DNA of 64,000 nt from assembly GCF_009914755.1 (NCBI RefSeq), contig NC_060941.1; one strand, written 5' to 3'. Positions 56,964-64,000 of this stretch are shown here, piece by piece; within the stretch, counting starts at the first letter, position 1; every line of letters begins with the position of its first letter. A model generated the notes under the pieces. It was not told where the DNA came from. It saw only the letters and a program-made list of their open reading frames with translations, and did no database searches. The translations under genes were made by a program, and so were the position numbers. Source of the DNA: the human T2T-CHM13v2.0 reference genome, Homo sapiens.

Positions 56964-57430
56964 ATGAGTTACCTATGGCCACAAGAATGCTGTGTAACTA
57001 ACCCCAAAACTTCAGGGGCAGGCAGTAACTGTTTATCTCACGTGTTTGGAGTAAACTTGGAGTGGTTCTGCTGATCCTGGCTGGCCTCACTTGCATGCTT
57101 TGAGGGTGACTGGCTGTCCACCCATCTAGGCTGGCCTCGGCACAGGGAAGTTGGCCCTGCTCCATGTGCCACCCATCCTGCATCAGGCTAGCCTGGGCAT
57201 GCCCTTGTCATGGTGATGGCAGAGGTGCAAGAGAGAACAAGCAGGAACTTGCAAATCCTCTTAAGGCTAGGCCCAAAACAGGCATACTCTTCCCCCCACC
57301 GCATTTTATTAGCCCTAACAAATTAAGCCCAGATTCAAGGGATGAAAGTAGACTCCACCTCTTTGGGGGAGAAGGACCGCAAACTCACAGAGGAACGGGT
57401 GTGAGACCATTCATATCATCAGTCCACCAT
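56964..57430 (-). mobile_element. MaLR solo LTR (MLT1H-like)
   Basis: gctgtgtaactaaccccaaaac...ggctagcctgggcatg...gcccagattcaaggg...agactccacctctt. Confidence 0.75.
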
Positions 57431-57569
57431 AGACCTGTGTGAGTTGTCTTTTATTTGTACTTAGGCTGATGTTTTGCAAATAGCGAATGCCTCATACATG
57501 CATGTTGCATAAAAGTAAATAAAGTTACCATTTGCTAAGTTTTCTATTCAAGATTGGATTGGCTGCATA

Positions 57570-57642
57570 ATCTAGACATGAGTTTATCTGTTAGATAGAT
57601 CTAGACATGAGTTTATCTGTGAATAAGAGTTTATCTGTTAGA
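57570..57642. repeat. Local tandem duplication (22-bp unit x2 plus partial third copy)
   Basis: ATCTAGACATGAGTTTATCTGT at 57570-57591 and 57599-57620; GAGTTTATCTGTTAGA at 57627-57642. Confidence 0.92.
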
Positions 57643-57954
57643 AGGAAAGTTTATGTCATCCTAGTAGAATCTGGATTTTTCTTTCATCGGGTGCAGGGCA
57701 AGTTGGTTGCCACTAAGAAATCCCTCTTCTTATCATCTTTTCCATCGTGGGGTCTACCATCATCATTTTTAGGATTTTAGAATATAAACGTCTGAGAGAA
57801 GGGGAACAAAGAGAGGGAGAACTTGCCACACTGAAGTGTGGAACTTGCTCCTAGATGGGAAATTTTGTTTCATGTATTGACCACTGAGTGTATGTTAAAG
57901 AGGAAGAAGCAACCTCTGCCCAGTGTCTTTAACCTTTGCTCTTGCTTCTTACCC

Positions 57955-58136
57955 TTAGAGTAGCTCATGGAAAGAGGGGTCTCTGGGCCAGCAGCTGCAT
58001 CAGCATCACCTGGGAGCTTGTTAGAAATGCAAATACTACTGAATCAGTCACTCTGGCTCTGAGGCCCCCGGGAGATCTGTGGCTTAACAGTCCCTCTGAT
58101 GATGATTCTGATGTGGATGATATTTGAGAATCCCTG
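57955..58136. mobile_element. MER5A
   Basis: gcatcagcatcacctgggagcttgttagaaatgcaaat...tactgaatcag...gattctgat...tttgagaatccctg. Confidence 0.85.
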
Positions 58137-58354
58137 CCCCAACTCCAGCAGCCATAGAAACTAACAGATTAGGTCCCCTTTGTTGACTCTCACATACTTC
58201 TGAGGATATTACAGCATAGTCTGAACCGTGCAGTAGTCAGAAATATGTTCAATACCTTCTGGTGTCAGGACAAAGACAGAGGCATCCCATTCCCCACCAG
58301 CTTACCTAAATGTTACTTTACTTTGCTTTTTTGGGGGGGGCAGGTGGGGGAGGT

Positions 58355-58648
58355 TGTGTTTTGAGACAGGGTCTCGCTCTGTAGCTCAGGCTGGAGTGCA
58401 GTGGTGCAGTCATGGTTCACTACAGCCTCAACCTCCCAGGCTCAAGCAATCTTACCATCTCAGCCATCTGAGTAGTTGGAACCACTGGTGTGTGCCACAA
58501 TGCCTGGCTAAGTTTTTAGTATTTTTTTGTAGAGATGAGGTCTTGCTATGTTGCCCAGGCTGGTCTCAAACTCCTGGCCTCAAGCGATTTTCCCACCTCA
58601 GCCTCCTAAAGTGCTGGGATTACTAGACATGAGCCAGCATATCCGGCC
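58355..58648 (-). mobile_element. AluJ
   Basis: gagacagggtctc, ggctcaagcaatc, ggtcttgctatgttgcccagg are J-type; tail degenerated to G-rich sequence. Confidence 0.9.
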
Positions 58649-59004
58649 TATTTTGCTTTTTCATTCACAAAGATACACCACTAAAGATGTCAGGGCCATA
58701 TCTCAAACCTGCCCCAAGTTATTACAAGGTACATCTCAAGGTTGGAATAAGCTCCTTTTCCCAAAACAGACCAGGGTTCTGCCAGGACATGGGACAAATC
58801 ATGCTGAGGATCAGACACCTCTTGTCCTTCTGTCTCCCTCAGGGGAGCCACTAGGCCTGCAGGTGCCCATTTCAGGTACAAAGAATTTTGTAAGGCAGGT
58901 GAGCGCGTTGTCAACATGAAGTAAGTACCAGAGTTAATCATAAGGATGAGGGTGGTGTCCCTAGAAGGGGTATTTCATAAGGGGTTAGAGAAACTCCTGT
59001 TCCT

Positions 59005-59305
59005 GGCCGGGCACAGTGGCTCACACCTGTAATCCCAGCACTTTGGGAGGCCGAGGTAGGTGGATCACAAGGTCAGGAGTTCAAGACCAGCCTGACCAAT
59101 GTGGTGAAACCCCGTCTCTACTAAAAATACAAAAATTAGCCAGGCATGGTGGTGCATGCCTGTAATCCCAGCTACTCAGGAGGCTGAGGCAGGAGAATCA
59201 CTTGAACCCAGGAGGCGGGGGTAGCAGTGAGCCAAGATCATGCCATTGCACTCCAGCCTGGGTGACAGAATGAGACTGTCTCAAAGGAAAAAAAAGAAAA
59301 AAGAA
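59005..59305 (+). mobile_element. AluSg-like
   Basis: TSD AAACTCCTGTTCC at 58991-59003 and 59306-59318. Confidence 0.93.
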
Positions 59306-59416
59306 AAACTCCTGTTCCCAGCTTCCCCTAAGCTTTTGGGCTCTCCTAGCATCTTGAATGAGGCCTGGCCTGTGTGTTCATGTTGATGAGTCTTCATAGC
59401 CCCCTGATATACCTGG

Positions 59417-59426
59417 GTGTGTGTGT

Positions 59427-59464
<38 letters not shown>

Positions 59465-59490
59465 CAGAGAGAGAGAGAGAGAGACAAAGA
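59417..59490. repeat. Compound (GT)n-(GA)n microsatellite
   Basis: Direct observation. Confidence 0.95.
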
Positions 59491-61566
59491 CAGAGACCGA
59501 GAGAGTTATCAGCTGGCTGGCTCCAGGATTGAATACCAGTTACCTTAACTGTGCCCCTTATTTTCCCTTGACTCACACAAGCCGCTTCTGTTTGATTCAC
59601 ATAGAACCGTGAGAAACAGTCTCGTATGTGAGACTGTGTTTTTCATTCTATTCAGTCTTTGTATATTCAAATTCTTCTAGTTTCAGCTCTTGCTGTTCTG
59701 CCAGATTTCCATCGCATTGATGGCTTCTCTGAATTAATAAGTATTTTGCAATTGCTGAAAAGTTTTCTACCCCCAAGCACTGGGACTTATCCATATTGAT
59801 TTTTCTCCCGTTTCTCTTTCCTCTCTAGCTCCTTCTTAGATGTTGTATTTTGTAACGTGTTAATAGAATTTTTCTTTCGTCCTGACACTTTATCTATTCA
59901 GGAGGTCTTTGCGAGCCCCATTGTACAGCCGGACTACAGAGGAAAGAGCTGTATTCTTTATGACAATGGTTGCCCTAAAAACATATACAGATCCTCCCCC
60001 ACGCTCACCAGGGTGGAGCGAATGTTGAGAGGGCGCTATTAGAAAACGTCCAAACTTAGGAAGGAAAAGGAGAGCCAATTATGCACTGTTGAAAGGAGGT
60101 TTTGAAAATACGTTTTAAAAAAAATCCAAAACATTTATTTCCTAAGGGAATCTGAGTCCCAGTACCAAAACATGGCCAGCACAGAAGGGCAGCTGTTTTC
60201 CTTACTGTTAGGCATTTTCAGTTCAAAATAAGGATTTGGCAAAAGTCTTAGAAAATATGGAGATGGGTGCAAAACAGATGTCACATTTACCTGCGTGATA
60301 CCTGGCAGGACTCATCCCCCACCCACCCACACCCCAGGCATTCGAATTCCTATTGAGTCCCAGGGTCTGAGTCTGAGATATGCTCATATCACCATATGCT
60401 TGAGTGTGACTGCTCTGTGTACAAACACACCAGTTGATCTTATGGTGATTTTGCCTGTGTGGTGCATGGGAGGTGGAACGGCTGTTGTGTGTGTGGCCCC
60501 AGCAGGTTACCGTCGGGGGGGGGCTCTTGAAGCCTGCCCAAAAGGAGTTTGTCCTGCCTGGGATGGGCATGGGGATCTCCAAACTAGCATTGCCCACTCC
60601 CATCATCCTGGTGCCTGGGAGAGAGGGGGCAGCTGCCTGCTGGAGGAGCCACCATGCCAGGCCATTTTCCTCCCAGTAACTGACTTCAGAAATGGGGAGC
60701 AGAAGGGGAAGGCCCCAGGAGCCTGTTTGTTCAGGCTTGGTTGCTTAGCAACAAAAGGGGGCCCTGACTTGAGAAGAGATTTTTAAGCCAGGCCAGTCCC
60801 TTTGAGGTTTATGACCGGCTTGCCTACCCCCATCTTCCATTCTTACCTTGACTTTGCTCTTCCCCCTATTACATTTGATCGCATCTAGAAAAATACGTTT
60901 GATTTGTCTGCAGGCACCATTTTAAACCTTGGTTTATTGCTTTGCCCAGCGTCTTCCCCTCCATTGGAGATTGTAGTCTGGGAGGAGTGAGGCATGAATA
61001 GCCCACGATTCCTTTTCTCAAAGGGATTAGCGCCAGCCCCCAAGCTCATTTGTGAGCCTTTGAGTGCACATCAACGGTGCTCAGTCCTTCTTAGCCACAG
61101 GCACACAGTGAAATTGCTCTGAGGACAGGGCCCCCCGCTAACAGTTTTACCCCCCCCACAGCCACACGGACTGGGTTGTATTTTTACCATCAACCTTGAG
61201 CACAAAGTAAATGAAGAGAGTAGGCTGCACACTGGTCAGACCAGGTGCCCTCCCCCGGTGCGTAGCTGAAGGGTGAGGACAAACACCTGTGCTAAAGATG
61301 TGTGCTCTGTGGGATAAAGGAGTGGGTCATAAATACTCATAAAAGGAGTGCATTCCAGAGCGGAATCTGGTTCATTAAGTGTGAGTTCCTTGAGCTCTAC
61401 GTGGGAGTTGAGTGTGGACCCTGAAATCTTATTGCCAGAAACATGCAGAAGGGGTTACAGGATGCGTGGGAGGGGTCTGGAAGGGATTAGCAAGAGAGAC
61501 AGAGGACGCCTTTGCTATTTTATTATGTTCTTCTCTTTGATGTTTTTAAAAAGGTCCTAGCATCAG

Positions 61567-61941
61567 TGTATTTGTTTGCTAGTACTGCCATAATAAAGTA
61601 ACGCAGATTGGAGGGCTAAAACAACAGAAATGTATTTTCTCACAATTCTGGAGGCTAGAAGTTCAAGATCAAGGTGTGGCAGGGTTGGTTTCTTCTGAGG
61701 CCTCTCTCCTTGGCTTGCAGTCTTCTCCCTGTGTTGGCACATGGTCTTCCCTGTTTGTGTTTGTGTCCTAATCTCTTCTGATAAGGACACCAGTCATATT
61801 GGATTAGGGCCCACCCTAATGATCTCATTTTAAATTAATTACTTCTTTGAAGAACCTCTCTCCAAATACGGTCACATTTTGAGGTCCTGGGGGTTAGGAC
61901 TTCAACTATGAATTTTGGGAGACACAGTTGAGCCCATAACA
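61567..61941 (-). mobile_element. Complete MLT1A-type MaLR solo LTR with 5-bp TSD
   Basis: TG...CA termini; ATCAG duplicated at 61562-61566 and 61942-61946; internal ctggaggctagaagttcaagatcaaggtg and taaggacaccagtcatattggattagggcccaccct. Confidence 0.92.
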
Positions 61942-61946
61942 ATCAG

Positions 61947-62635
<689 letters not shown>

Positions 62636-62726
62636 AACTACCCCCTCACCCCCCGACATGCATATAATGTTTTGTGTACTTTCTTAAAATTCCTAAGGCA
62701 GCCTGTATTCTATATTTGTTTTGCAG

Positions 62727-62775
62727 GTGGAAGATGCAATGCTGATGTTTGATAAAACTACCAACAGGCACAGAG
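62727..62775 (+). CDS. MSI2: Musashi-2 internal coding exon (exon 7), part of RRM2: VEDAMLMFDKTTNRHR-G
   Basis: ttttgcag|GTGGAAGATGCAATGCTGATGTTTGATAAAACTACCAACAGGCACAGAG|gtaaga; 49 nt, phase 0 to phase 1; translation matches Musashi RRM2 just before RNP1 (RGFGFVTF); VEDAM is the MSI2 form (MSI1 has VDDAM). Confidence 0.97.
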
Positions 62776-64000
62776 GTAAGATTACCCCAGTGTAAGAGGG
62801 TTGCGTTCACCCTCTCCTGGCCTCTCTGTCTGTCATCCCCAGTCCCACTGACAAAAGATACAGTGAAGAGTCCAGAGTCAAGCAGGTAGAGGTGACCATC
62901 CATTGAAGATCTTTATTCACGGAGAGTCCCAGTAGCACAAAGAGTTCCAGTACTGGATAGCTGAAAAACCATTTCCTTCTGGCCTAGGAACTCCTGTTTA
63001 GTTATGCAGCCATCCCTGACACACATATTCAGATGTACCTCTCTAATCCTGCCTTTCTGGGTCCCTTGCTAACCTCGGCACTAAGCGATCCAAGTGGAAA
63101 TTATTCACAGCAGTGACTCAATTGAGTTATCAATTTGTATTGAAGGAGGTTCTTTAGGAGCAGACTGTCAATCTAAAGAGCCAAAAAATCAAAATAAAAC
63201 ATTGTAGGTTCGTTGGGTGTGTAGTGATTACAGCCTTGGGAATGCTCCGTGGGGCCTCTGGAATGTGTAGAGGGCATCTGCACTTAATTGTGTTTTTCCC
63301 TGTGCTGCTTCTGTCCCATCCACTTTACAAAAAATGGGTCTTAACCTGGAGTCTATGAACCTCTGCAATGACATGCAAAATGTCATATGTTTATACTTTT
63401 CTTGGGTGAAGATCCCTAGGTTTGGACAAATTCTCAAAAGGGTCTCTGGCCCTGCCCTTAGTCTCTTCCTTCCCCAAAAAGAACACATTAAATTTATTGC
63501 TTTAAACAGAAAAATTGGAGGCATCTAGAAAAGTCCTCCCTGGAGGTAGCAGAGTCAAAGGAGGTGATGACTTAGTGTTCTGTTCTCCGGAAGCTCAGGT
63601 TTCTGGGGTTCCTATTAACAGGGTGTTAATGAGCAGAGCTTCCTAAGGGGGTGGCAGGAAATGGTGTGCTGGTGCCCTCAAGGGAGGGAGCCTGTGAGTG
63701 AGCAGCATTTCCTTGCCACTTGGATCGCATTTAGATGTTTCCTGTGTTGTTTACATTCCTGCTGTCACCTGTGATTAGAAACAGTTACCCAGCACTGACT
63801 GTATGTCTTTCCTGTTTGGAGAAGGCAGAGTGAGTGAAAGGCAAGAAGGAGTGGAGTGGGAATCATTGCTGGCGGGGCTGGGAGAAGGAGGGGGATATCC
63901 TGAGTGCGTCTGGTAATCTGGCTTCAAATGCATCCCTCTACAGCATCCTCAGAATGGGAGAATGGAGCACTGGGTGCACAACAGTGGTGTCAAGTGGTAT
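62776..64000 (+). other. MSI2: 5' part of the following MSI2 intron (intron 7)
   Basis: Starts at canonical donor AG|GTAAGA; no further Musashi coding sequence seen. Confidence 0.85.

Noticed and set aside
57570-57642. Direct repeats as a CRISPR-like array
   Set aside because: Only two full copies with 6-7-nt gaps in eukaryotic intronic DNA; a simple tandem duplication.
58027-58034. Octamer ATGCAAAT
   Set aside because: Part of the MER5A consensus, so not independent evidence of an enhancer.
59616-59637. Hairpin ACAGTCTC-N6-GAGACTGT as a possible miRNA or MITE
   Set aside because: Stem far too short for a pre-miRNA, no TSD, and expected by chance at this scale.
60028-60038. CTCF half motif AGAGGGCGCTA
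   Set aside because: Lacks the essential 5' CC(A/G)C part.
62727-62775. Assignment to MSI1, hnRNP A/B/D or a processed pseudogene
   Set aside because: The peptide has MSI2-type VEDAM, is bounded by canonical splice sites and follows a >60-kb intron, which fits MSI2; a retrocopy would include neighbouring exons.

Overview
Primate (almost certainly human) genomic DNA, not prokaryotic. The only protein-coding sequence I can support is one 49-nt exon at 62727-62775 (+), VEDAMLMFDKTTNRHR|G, which is part of RRM2 of Musashi-2 (MSI2, human 17q22; exon 7 in the canonical numbering as I recall it). The rest is the 3' ~63 kb of the very long preceding intron (intron 6) and the start of the next intron. 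It holds about 25 Alu/FLAM copies (about 16 antisense and 9 sense to MSI2, many with readable TSDs), MIR/L2/L1 remnants, MaLR and ERVL LTRs, MER5/MER20 DNA transposons and microsatellites. The supplied ORFs appear to be noise. Best leads: (1) a 73-nt TSD-flanked, A-tailed retrocopy that seems to be only the R region of a MER41 LTR, a possible LTR-derived mini-SINE; (2) several high-information TALE (PBX/MEIS/PREP/TGIF) and PBX-HOX motifs in repeat-free blocks; (3) palindromic RFX X-boxes in the intron that appears paralogous to the RFX-controlled Msi1 intron-6 enhancer; (4) candidate recursive splice sites, three created inside antisense MIRs; (5) an upstream CAG at exon 7 with SF3B1-mutant cryptic-acceptor geometry. 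Repeat family calls come from remembered consensus sequences, boundaries of old repeats are approximate, and all regulatory calls are hypotheses.
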